From: Eledone cirrhosa
Taxonomy: Eukaryota
Length of the DNA stretch: 64,000 nt
Assembly: GCA_964016885.1 (NCBI GenBank)
Contig: OZ024743.1
Location: 317,998,001 to 318,062,000 of the forward strand
Reading direction: 5' to 3'
Part shown: positions 52,746 to 64,000 of the stretch, piece by piece
Layout of the letters: each line of letters starts with the position of its first letter
Position numbering within the stretch: position 1 is the stretch's first letter
The notes under the pieces: generated by a model
What the model saw: the letters and a program-made list of their open reading frames with translations, nothing else
Databases searched by the model: none
Told to the model about the DNA's origin: nothing
Position numbers and translations under genes: made by a program

Positions 52746-53402
52746 CTACTGTCCATATATTTTGAGAAAGGTCCCGGCTCTAAGGTGTCTGCATGTCCCG
52801 AAGAAGTCGGTTCTGAGGTTTATCAGGCCGCTTCCACCTCTTAGTATCTCGAGGGTCTCGTTCAGGCATAGTTTGCATATGCAAGATCCCCCTTTATCGG
52901 GTGGTACTTTCCTGATTATGTACCAGGCCAGAGAGTATGGGGTCCTGTCCAGCTTAAGCTTCCAGATCAGGTCGGAGAGAGCTGTGCTTTTCCTTTTGGC
53001 CTCCTTCTTGAATGAATGGCGATGGTTGTACCAGCGGTCCTTAAAGCTCGTTGATGTGGCTCCTATGTAGAGGTGTTCGGAGTTGGGGGTTTTAACCCTA
53101 CAACCGTACACTATGTTCTTCTTGAGACATTCATTACCAAGGGGGCATGATTCGGGGTTTCTACAGTTGCAGAGGGTGGGCGGCCTCTGCGTGCTTAGAT
53201 TAGGGTTCTCATTATGTGTTACATGTTGGTCTTCCCCCATGCTCGGTGGGGGGTCCTTGGGTCTGTTTGTGTTTCTTGGGTGGGCTCTGGGTCCCCCCTT
53301 CCCTCCTTTCACATGGTTCTGCTGAGTGTTTGTATTGCCATCTTCTGGTTGTGTGTGGTTTTTAAGGCTACTTCTGTTGATGCTAGCTATGTGTTGGGCC
53401 AA
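52746..53402 (-). pseudogene. Penelope-like GIY-YIG endonuclease domain (RT lost by 5' truncation)
   Basis: CNCR..SCPLGNECL..IVY...YIGAT..FKDR..NH..SF...STALS..IW..CKLCLNE...IN.R..CRH. Confidence 0.88.
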
Positions 53403-53568
53403 ATTTCTCGCTAAATTTTAATCATTTGACTTTCATTTAACTTTATTTAACTTTCATTTAACTTTATTTTACACTACTCCGGAGTAACCAAACCAACCTG
53501 CGCACTTCGTCGAGTGCTCCAGCCTGCATACTGAAGTGTTGGTATACAACCAACATAAACTCAAAATC

Positions 53569-53599
<31 letters not shown>

Positions 53600-53778
53600 T
53601 ATATCTCTATCTATCTATCTATCTAAGGCGGTTAAAATTCCCGAGATCCATGGACGAGTTCTCTCTAGCGGTCTCTGTCCTTCATTATCGCTGCCATATC
53701 CTGCATCTCCAACAGACCAGTGTCTGTCCTTAGGGCATCAACATATGTTAACCTTGGTTTTCCTCTTCTAGTGTGTCC

Positions 53779-55047
<1,269 letters not shown>

Positions 55048-57880
55048 TATCATCATCATCATCATCATCAACGTTTAACGTCCGTGTTCCATGCTTGCAT
55101 GGGTTTGGACGGGGGTAGTCCCATTTGAGGCAAGAGTGATTTTCTTGCTCGCATAGGACTGTCTGGCAGGTTTTCTACAGTTGGATCCCCTTCCTAACAC
55201 CAACCACATTTACAGTGTGGGTCTGGGAGGTTTTTACCGTGTTGCCTACATGGCCACATTACAGCGTGGACTGTGTGTTTTTTTGTCGTGACACCTACAC
55301 GATCTCATTTGTTTCGGCCTGGATGGCGCAGCACCAACATAACTTTACATAGAACGGGTTGGTGTGGATGGGGTGGGGGTGGGGGTGGTGGTGGGACGGG
55401 GTGTATTTTGTTAGAGATGCCTACTGGCAAGGCGGGTCTTCTCTATTACTGAGTACCACCAAAGGTCTCGGTCCAGTGACATTGTCTTGGTGAGGTGTAA
55501 GTGTGTGAGGTCGGAGTTTATCAGCTCGTCCCAGGTTTTTCTGGGTCTGCCTATTCCGTGGCTACCGTCTATCTTTATTGCCCTGCACTTTGTTATACAG
55601 CTATCATCCTTCATGCGCATCACGTGACCATACCAACGTAGCCTTCTCTCTAGTAAACAACATCTGATCCCTCTTATTTCTAATTTTTTCCTTAGTTCGT
55701 TTATGCTTTGTCGTTCACGTATATTACTATTACACATCCAGCGGAGCATGCAAGCTTCGTTTCTCTCTAGTCTGTGTATATCCTCTGCACACAATGCCCA
55801 GGTCTCACTGCCATGCAACATTGCTGTTCGTATGCAGGCATCGTACAGCCTGCCTTTCATTTTTAGGGAGAACCCTTTAGCGGCTAATAGTGGTATAAGC
55901 TCTCTGAACTTTTTCCACCCAGTTCTGACTCTAGCTACTGTACTTTCAGAGCACCCTCCCCCACTGCTGATTTTGTCACCCAGGTAACGGAAGCTGTCCA
56001 CTATTTCTATAGAACCCTCTGCGCAGTTGAAAGAGCTAGTATTTTGTGGGCACTTGCTGCTACTTATATTCCCAGAACACCGGCCACATGTAAAATCTAT
56101 GTTCTTAGTTAGCTTACCTGTGATCCCACTACATCTTTTATGCACCCAAACTTTGCATTTGGGACACAAAATGGAATTTCTACCTACGCCTTTCCTACAC
56201 TCTGCGCATGGCCACTTCCCGGAGGGGACCGCCGCCTTATTTTCTTTCTTACAAACTAGAACTTTAGTCTTAGCTAGGTTAATTTTAAGGCCTTTTGATT
56301 CTAGGCCGTGCTTCCATGTTTGGAATTTCTTCTCTAGCTCGGCCATTGATTCAGCTATGAGCGTTAGATCATCTGCGTATAGGAGTTCCCATGGGCAGCC
56401 GGTCTTGAACTCCACTGTTATAGCCTGGAGGGCAATAATAAATAGTAGGGGGCTAAGAACAGAGCCCTGATGAACACCAACTTTTACACTAAACTCTTCA
56501 CTATATTCGTTGTTAATTCTAACCTTGCTAACTGTTTCTTTATACATGGCTTGTATAGCTCTCACAAGCCATTCATCAACACCTAGTTTTCTAAGAGCCC
56601 ACCAGATAATGGAACGGGGGACTCTGTCGAAGGCCTTCTCCAAGTCGACGAAAGCTAAGTATAGGGGTTTACTTTTAGCTAGGTACTCCTCCTGTAGTTG
56701 TCGTACAATGAAAAGAGCGTCTGTGGTACTTTTTCCTGACACAAACCCGAACTGCATTTCATCTAGATCAATTCGCTCTCTGATTAGTTGCGCTATAACT
56801 TTTTCCGTGACCTTCATGACCTGGTCGATTAATTTAATGCCTCTATAGTTACTCCTATCTAGGGCATCTCCTTTACCCTTATAACAGTTAACGATAATGC
56901 TGCTGCACCAGTCCTTCGGAACAACCCCATTCTGTATGACTTGGTTGACTATCCGGGTGACCATGGTGTGTCCCACCGTACCAGATGCCTTCAGCATCTC
57001 GGCAACTATTTCCGAAGGCCCAGCCGCCTTGCCTGTCTTCATATCTTTGATTGCCTTACTTATTATACTCCCCTCGACTAACATTGCTGGTCCCTCTATT
57101 GGGTCGATGTGGGGGAGACTGTCTTTCTCCCATTTATTCTCCTCATTTAGTAGCCTTTCATAGTGACACTTCCAAGCTACCTTCTTATCGGCGTTGGTGA
57201 TGGCAAGTATGCCGTCATTTCATAGTGACACTTCCAAGCCACCTTCTTATCGGCGTCGGTGATGGCAAGTATGCCGTCATCGTTAAGTACACACTTCTCC
57301 CCGACAATATCACTGTTTTCCTTGACACATTGCCTAGCAATCCTGAACACCTCACGTTTTTGGTCATCGCGTTGTAGAACATGCTTGAACTTTCTTTCCT
57401 CTGCTTCCCTTCTTGCGAAGTACACTTGTCTCCTAGCTTCCCTCCTGGCCACTTGATAGTCTTCTCTGCTTCCCCCATCCCGCCATACTTTCCAAGCCTG
57501 GTTTTTGGCCTTAATTGACCCCTCCACCTTACTGTTCCACCACCATGTTACTCTCCTCCTGCCTACAGGCCTGCTCCAGCCACAGACTTCGTCTGCCGCC
57601 GTCAGCAGGTTTGCTTTCAGGAATTCCCACTGTTCCTCTACCTTGTACGTCTCTAATTGCTCTTCCTCACTGTCGAAAGCATCAAGTAATATGCTTTGGA
57701 ATTTATTTTTGGCTGTGGGGTCCTTTAGCTTCCATATTTTTCTCCTGAGGATAGTCCTCTTCTGTTGTCTAGTACGTCTCGTCCTGACTATTAGGTCGCT
57801 AATTATCAGTCTATGTTGGGAAGTGCATTCTTCATGGGGGAGGGATTTAGTGTTTACGACAGTCACTTTGTCACGTCTTC
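55048..57880 (-). mobile_element. 5'-truncated RTE LINE, frameshifted by a 62-bp tandem duplication
   Basis: ORFs 57177..57866 and 55411..57084 are highly similar to 59099..62335. The duplication is 57156-57217 / 57218-57279, and the (GAT)n tail is at 55048-55068. Confidence 0.93.
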
Positions 57881-57891
57881 ATATATATATA

Positions 57892-57942
<51 letters not shown>

Positions 57943-58194
57943 ATATATAATATATATTATATATATATAATATATATTATATATATATAATATATATTAT
58001 ATATATATATATATATAATATATATATATATAATATATATATATATAATATATATAATATATATATATAATATATATATTATATATATAATATATATATA
58101 TATATAATATATATATAATATAATATATATATATAATATATATATTATATATATAATATATATATATATAATATATATATATAATATATATATT

Positions 58195-58534
58195 ATATAT
58201 ATAATATATTGTTATACTTTGGGAGGGTCTTTATATATATATATATAATATATATATATATATATACATTTTTTGTATTTTTTAATTGTTAGATACGAAA
58301 GTTTTTGGTCGTATTGAACAGAACAAATTTTGTATTTTTGTTAATCGCTTGTTAAATGTGCAAGGACCCCATTTAATCATTACCTCCTATCAGGGGTGTT
58401 GGGTAGCTAGATAGGAGGTAATGATTGAATGGGGTCCTTGCACATTTAACAAGCGATTAACAAAAATACAAAATTTGTTCTGTTCAATACGACCAAAAAC
58501 TTTCGTATCTAACAATTAAAAAATACAAAAAATG

Positions 58535-58568
<34 letters not shown>

Positions 58569-58687
58569 ATATAAAGACCCTCCCAAAGTATAACAATATA
58601 TTATATATATAATATATATATTATATATATATATTATATATATATTATATATATAATATATATAATATATATATATAATATATATAT

Positions 58688-58718
<31 letters not shown>

Positions 58719-58950
58719 ATATATATATATAATATATATATATAATATATATATTATATATATAATATATTGTTATACTTTGGGAGGGTCTTTATATATA
58801 TATATATATAATATATATATATATATATACATTTTTTGTATTTTTTAATTGTTAGATACGAAAGTTTTTGGTCGTATTGAACAGAACAAATTTTGTATTT
58901 TTGTTAATCGCTTGTTAAATGTGCAAGGACCCCATTCAGTCATTATCTCC
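58195..58950. repeat. Inverted triplication A-A'-A of a unit of about 190 bp
   Basis: About 58200-58391, 18-nt loop, reverse complement 58410-58600, (TA)n, then direct copy 58765-58950. Confidence 0.92.
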
Positions 58951-61900
58951 CTCCCGCCCCCACGCACCACCACCACTGCTATTACGTGGACCAATCATAA
59001 GCCAGAGCCCCCACGCATCACCAGTATTATTACGCGGACCAATCAGAAGCCAGAGGCCTATACTAACGCTTGCCTGGTTGCCTTTCGATATATGATGGAT
59101 GGATGGACTGCGGAATCCTGGAGAGTGGAGGAGAGAGAGAGAAAAATCTGGACGCTCAGCGACAATGCCAAAGATAAAGACAAATTCACCTCTTGGACGA
59201 GAATGCGAGCACTCCTCATTGTTTCGACCGCGGACGGCTAACATAACCCCATCGCCCCCCGCCCCCCACCGCCCCCAACCCCCAAACGCAATCCAAAACT
59301 TCAGAGTTGGTACCATAAATGTAAGCACCCTAAAGGGTCGCGCTAACGAGATTGTAGAAATGCTTGAACGTAAGGAGGTCGATGTTTGTTGTATTCAAGA
59401 GACCAGGTGGAGGGGAGGGTCTGCTAGGTTCATTGAGGGTAAAAAACGATGTTATAAGCTTTTCTGGGTGGGAAACGACGATGGGCTGGGTGGAGTAGGA
59501 ATCATGGTAGCAGAAAAGTGGGCAGATAAGATAATAGACGTAAATAGAGTGAACGACAGAATAATTAAAATACGACTTGTCCTCAATAGAACTACGGTGA
59601 CAGTAATATCTGCGTACGCACCCCAATCCGGACTGCCCGGCACTATAAAAGACAGATTCTATGAGACACTGATGCTAACTACCTCCCAAATATCCGACAG
59701 TGACTACATAATTATTGCAGGCGACCTAAATGGTCACGTTGGACAACATTGTGACGGCTACGACGAAATCCATGGAGGCTATGGGTTTGGTACTAGAAAT
59801 GAGGAAGGCTCCAGAATCCTGGAATTCTGTGATGCAAATAACCTAACTATCTGTAACACTAACTTCAAAAAACGTGACAATCACCTGATCACCTATAGAT
59901 CCGGGGAACACACAAGCCAGGTAGATTATATCCTTACCAGAAGACGTGACAGAGTGTCTGTTGTAAAAACTAAATCCCTCCCCCATGAAGAATGCACCTC
60001 CCAACATAGACTGATAATTAGCGACCTCATAGTCAGGATGAGACGTACTCGACAGCAGAAGAGGACTATCCTCAGGAGAAAAATATGGAAGCTAAAGGAC
60101 CCCACAGCCAGGAATAAATTTCAAAGCATATTACTTGATGCTTTCGACAGTAAGGAAGAACATTTAGAGTCGGACAATATAGAGGGAGAGTGGGAATTTC
60201 TGAAAGCAAACCTGCTGTTGGCGACAGACGAAGTCTGTGGTTGGAGCAGGCCTGTAGGCAGGAGGAGAGTAACATGGTGGTGGAACAGTAAGGTGGAGGG
60301 GTCAATTAAGGCCAAAAAGCAGGCTTGGAAAGTATGGCGGGATGGGGGTAGTAGAGAAGACTATCAAGTGGCCAGGAGGGAAGCTAGGAGACAAGTGTAC
60401 TTAGCAAGAAGGGAAGCTGAGGAAAGAAAGTTCAAGCATGTTCTACAACGCGATGACCAAAAACGTGAGGTGTTCAGGATTGCTAGGCAATGCGTCAAGG
60501 AAAACCGTGATATTGTCGGGGAGAAGTGTGTACTAAACGACGATGGCACACTTGCCATCACCGACGCTGATAAGAAGGTAGCTTGGAAGTGTCACTATGA
60601 AAGGCTACTAAATGAGAAGAATAAATGGGAGAAAGACAGTCTCCCCCATATCGACCCAATAGAGGGACCAGCAGTGTTAGTCGAGGGGAGTATAATAAGT
60701 AAGGCAATCAAGGATATGAAGACGGGTAAGGCGGCTGGGCCTTCGGAAATAGTTGCTGAGATGCTGAAGGCATCTGGCACGGTGGGACACACCATGGTCA
60801 CCCGCATAGTTAACCAAGTCGTACAGAATGGGGTTGTTCCGAAGGACTGGCATAGCAGCATCATCGTTAACTGTTATAAGGGTAAAGGAGATGCCCTAGA
60901 TAGGAGTAACTATAGAGGCATTAAATTAATCGACCAGGTCATGAAGGTCACGGAAAAAGTAATAGCGCAACTAATCAGAGAGAGAATTGACCTAGATGAA
61001 ATGCAGTTCGGGTTTGTGTCAGGCAAAAGTACCACAGACGCTCTTTTCATAGTACAACAACTACAGGAGAAGTACCTAGCTAAAGGTAAACCCCTCTACT
61101 TAGCTTTTGTCGACTTAGAGAAAGCCTTCGACAGAGTCCCCCGCTCCATTATCTGGTGGGCTCTTAGAAAACTAGGCGTTGACGAATGGCTTGTGAGGGC
61201 TATACAAGCCATGTATAAAGAAACAGTCAGCAAGGTTAGAATTAACAACGAATATAGTGAAGAGTTTAGCGTAAAAGTTGGCGTCCATCAGGGCTCTGTT
61301 CTCAGCCCCCTACTATTTATTATTGCCCTTCAGGCTATAACAGAGGAGTTCAAGACAGGCTGCCCATGGGAACTCCTATACGCAGACGACCTGACACTCA
61401 TAGCGGAATCAATGGCCGAGCTAGAGAAGAAATTCCAAACATGGAAGCACGGCCTAGAGTCAAAAGGACTTAAAATTAACCTGGCTAAGACCAAAGTTCT
61501 AGTTTGTAGGAAAGAAAACAAGGCGGCGATCCCTTCTGGGAAATGGTCGTGCTCGGTGTGTAGGAAAGGCGTAGGTAGAAACTCCATTTTATGCCCTAAA
61601 TGCAAAGTATGGGTGCATAAAAGATGTCGTGGGATCACAGGTAAGCTAACTAAGAACATAGATTTTACATGTGGCCGGTGTTCTGGTGCAATAAGTAGCA
61701 GCAAGTGCCCACAAAATACTAGCTCTTTCAATTGCGCAGTGGGTTCTATAGAAATAGTGGACAGCTTCCGTTACCTGGGCGATAAAATCAGCAGTGGGGG
61801 AGGGTGCTCTGAAAGTACTGTAGCTAGAGTCAGAACTGGTTGGAAAAAGTTCAGAGAGCTTATACCACTATTGGCTGCTAAAGGGTTCTCCCTAAAAATG

Positions 61901-62724
61901 AAAGGCAGGTTGTACGATGCCTGCATACGAACAGCAATGCTGCATGGCAGTGAGACCTGGGCATTGTGTGCAGAGGATATACGCAGACTAGAGAGGAACG
62001 AAGCTTGCATGCTCCGCTGGATGTGTAACAGTAATATACGTGAACGGCAAAGCATAAACGAACTAAGGAAAAAATTAGAGATAAGAGGGATCAGATGTTG
62101 TTTACTCGAGAGAAGGCTACGTTGGTATGGACACGTGATGCGCATGAAAGTCGATAGCTGTATAACAAAGTGCAGGGCAATAAAGATAGACGGTAGTCAC
62201 GGAATAGGCAGACCTAGAAAAACCTGGGACGAGCTGATAAACTCCGACATCACACACTTACACCTCTCCAAGACAATGTCACTGGACCGAGACCTTTGGC
62301 GGTACTCAGTAACAGAGAAGACCCGCCTTACCTAAATATATAGTAAAACCTACTCCAGCCAGTAGGCATCTCTAACAAAATACACCCCGTCCCACCACCA
62401 CCACCCCCACCCCATCCACACCACCCCCTTCTATGTAAAGTTATGTTGGTGCCGCGCCATCCAGGCCGAAACAAATGAGATCGTGTAGGTGTCACGACAA
62501 AAAAACACACAGTCCACGCTGTAATGTGGCCGTGTAGGCAACACGGTAAAAACCTCCCAGACCCACACTGTAAATGTGGTTGGTGTTAGGAAGGGCATCC
62601 AACTGTAGAAAACCTGCCAGAGAGTCCTATGCGAGCAAGACAATCACTCTTGCTTCAAGTGGGACTACCCCCGTCCAAACCCATGCAAGCGTGGAACACG
62701 GACGTTAAACGTTGATGATGATGA
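58950..62724 (+). mobile_element. Full-length RTE LINE
   Basis: 5' UTR with two tandem CCAAT-bearing monomers, an intact ORF, a 3' UTR and a (GAT)n tail. Confidence 0.92.
59099..62335 (+). CDS. RTE ORF: APE endonuclease plus RT with inserted PHD finger (1078 aa)
   Basis: Motifs VGTINV, CIQETRW, SAYAPQ, GDLNGH, SQH, FVDLEKAFD, GVHQGSVLSP and YADD, then C4HC3 CSVC..CPKC.WVHKRC..FTCGRC, then FRYLG and LRWYGHV. Confidence 0.95.
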   Translation: MDGLRNPGEWRREREKSGRSATMPKIKTNSPLGRECEHSSLFRPRTANITPSPPAPHRPQPPNAIQNFRVGTINVSTLKGRANEIVEMLERKEVDVCCIQETRWRGGSARFIEGKKRCYKLFWVGNDDGLGGVGIMVAEKWADKIIDVNRVNDRIIKIRLVLNRTTVTVISAYAPQSGLPGTIKDRFYETLMLTTSQISDSDYIIIAGDLNGHVGQHCDGYDEIHGGYGFGTRNEEGSRILEFCDANNLTICNTNFKKRDNHLITYRSGEHTSQVDYILTRRRDRVSVVKTKSLPHEECTSQHRLIISDLIVRMRRTRQQKRTILRRKIWKLKDPTARNKFQSILLDAFDSKEEHLESDNIEGEWEFLKANLLLATDEVCGWSRPVGRRRVTWWWNSKVEGSIKAKKQAWKVWRDGGSREDYQVARREARRQVYLARREAEERKFKHVLQRDDQKREVFRIARQCVKENRDIVGEKCVLNDDGTLAITDADKKVAWKCHYERLLNEKNKWEKDSLPHIDPIEGPAVLVEGSIISKAIKDMKTGKAAGPSEIVAEMLKASGTVGHTMVTRIVNQVVQNGVVPKDWHSSIIVNCYKGKGDALDRSNYRGIKLIDQVMKVTEKVIAQLIRERIDLDEMQFGFVSGKSTTDALFIVQQLQEKYLAKGKPLYLAFVDLEKAFDRVPRSIIWWALRKLGVDEWLVRAIQAMYKETVSKVRINNEYSEEFSVKVGVHQGSVLSPLLFIIALQAITEEFKTGCPWELLYADDLTLIAESMAELEKKFQTWKHGLESKGLKINLAKTKVLVCRKENKAAIPSGKWSCSVCRKGVGRNSILCPKCKVWVHKRCRGITGKLTKNIDFTCGRCSGAISSSKCPQNTSSFNCAVGSIEIVDSFRYLGDKISSGGGCSESTVARVRTGWKKFRELIPLLAAKGFSLKMKGRLYDACIRTAMLHGSETWALCAEDIRRLERNEACMLRWMCNSNIRERQSINELRKKLEIRGIRCCLLERRLRWYGHVMRMKVDSCITKCRAIKIDGSHGIGRPRKTWDELINSDITHLHLSKTMSLDRDLWRYSVTEKTRLT

Positions 62725-62826
62725 TATATATATATATATATATATAATATATATATATTATATATATATTATATATATTATATATATATATTATATATAT
62801 ATATATATAATATATATATATAATAT

Positions 62827-62910
<84 letters not shown>

Positions 62911-62916
<6 letters not shown>

Positions 62917-63887
62917 TGGACAGCTTCCGTTACCTGGGTGACAAAATCAGCAGTGGGGGAGGGTGCTCTGAAAGTACAGTAGCTAGAGTCAGAACTGGGT
63001 GGAAAAAGTTCAGAGAGCTTATACCACTATTAGCCGCTAAAGGGTTCTCCCTAAAAATGAAAGGCAGGCTGTACGATGCCTGCATACGAACAGCAATGTT
63101 GCATGGCAGTGAGACCTGGGCATTGTGTGCAGAGGATATACGCAGACTAGAGAGAAACGAAGCTTGCATGCTCCGCTGGATGTGTAATAGTAATATACGT
63201 GAACGACAAAGCATAAACGAACTAAGGAAAAAATTAGAAATAAGAGGGATCAGATGTTGTTTACTAGAGAGAAGGCTACGTTGGTATGGTCACGTGATGC
63301 GCATGAAGGACGATAGCTGTATAACAAAGTGCAGGGCAATAAAGATAGACGGTAGCCACGGAATAGGCAGACCCAGAAAAACCTGGGACGAGCTGATAAA
63401 CTCCGACCTCACACACTTACACCTCACCAAGACAATGTCACTGGACCGAGACCTTTGGCGGTACTCAGTAATAGAGAAGACCCGCCTTACCTAAATACAA
63501 AGTAAAACCTACTACAGTCAGTAGGCATCTCTAACAAAATACACCCCCGTCCCACCACCCCCACCCCATCCACACCGCCCTCTTCTATGTAAAGTTATGT
63601 TGGTGCCACACCATCCAGGCCGAAACAAATGAGATCGTGTAGGTGTCATGACAAAAAACACACAGTCCACGCTGTAATGTGGCCGTGTAGGCAACACGGT
63701 AAAAACCTCCCAGACCCACACTGTAAATGTGGTTGGTGTTAGGAAGGGCATCCAATTGTAGAAAACCTGCCAGACAGTCCTATGCTAGCAAGACAATCAC
63801 TCTTGCCTCAAGTGGGAAAACCCCCGTCCAAACCCATGCAAGCGTGGAACACGGACGTTAAACGTTGATGATGATGATGATGATGAT
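62911..63887 (+). mobile_element. 5'-truncated RTE copy in tandem behind the full-length one
   Basis: ORF 62916..63494 is almost identical to the C-termini of both neighbouring copies. It is flanked by (TA)n. Confidence 0.93.
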
Positions 63888-63908
63888 ATATAATATATAT
63901 ATATATAT

Positions 63909-63952
<44 letters not shown>

Positions 63953-64000
63953 TATATATATCTCGGTTGAGCACTCTATTGACTTATATTCATCATGCAG

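Larger units (their letters stand above)
51444..53470 (-). mobile_element. 5'-truncated Penelope-like element with 3' hammerhead and inverted terminal copy
   Basis: GIY-YIG ORF plus a downstream HHR at 51495-51549. Sequence 51444-51484 reappears inverted at 53410-53448, at the truncation point. Confidence 0.8.

Noticed and set aside
52534-53070. 178-aa plus-strand ORF and other ORFs antisense to LINE or Penelope coding regions
   Set aside because: They are shadow ORFs opposite real TE coding sequence, with no recognisable motifs.
59190-59250. HDV-like ribozyme at the RTE 5' end (CTCCTC...GGCTAA)
   Set aside because: P2 and P4 could not be built, and the putative P1 pairing is not conserved in the copy at 2040-2110. 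A covariance-model search would be needed.

Overview
This is AT-rich eukaryotic DNA. The SINE/LINE repertoire and dense (TA)n arrays suggest an octopod cephalopod (inference). Two host genes are visible on the + strand: the last three coding exons of a cytosolic phospholipase A2 (cPLA2/PLA2G4A-like, 5441-9675) and the first coding exon of a PPP1R37-like gene (36203-36635), whose next intron appears to fill the rest of the window. Almost everything else is transposon-derived: an intact RTE LINE with a PHD finger inside the RT (59099-62335) plus many fragments; a full-length CR1 LINE whose ATG-less ORF2 follows a G GGA AAC -1 slippery site; two Helitron-type elements (one carrying the CR1); a 5'-truncated Penelope-like element; a CRE fragment; hAT and piggyBac MITEs; and two tRNA-derived SINE families. 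The most striking signal not explained by ORFs is a set of about 10 type I hammerhead-ribozyme motifs from several unrelated sequence families. They include minimal forms with palindromic loop III, a U3-A8 core covariant, forms with greatly expanded stem II, a head-to-head pair in one palindrome, and one inside a 517-bp tandem unit. Most sit next to (TA)n arrays or foldback hairpins, and one lies in the 3' end of the Penelope element. This points to a diverse Penelope/retrozyme-like self-cleaving RNA system. All folds were done by eye and no activity has been tested.
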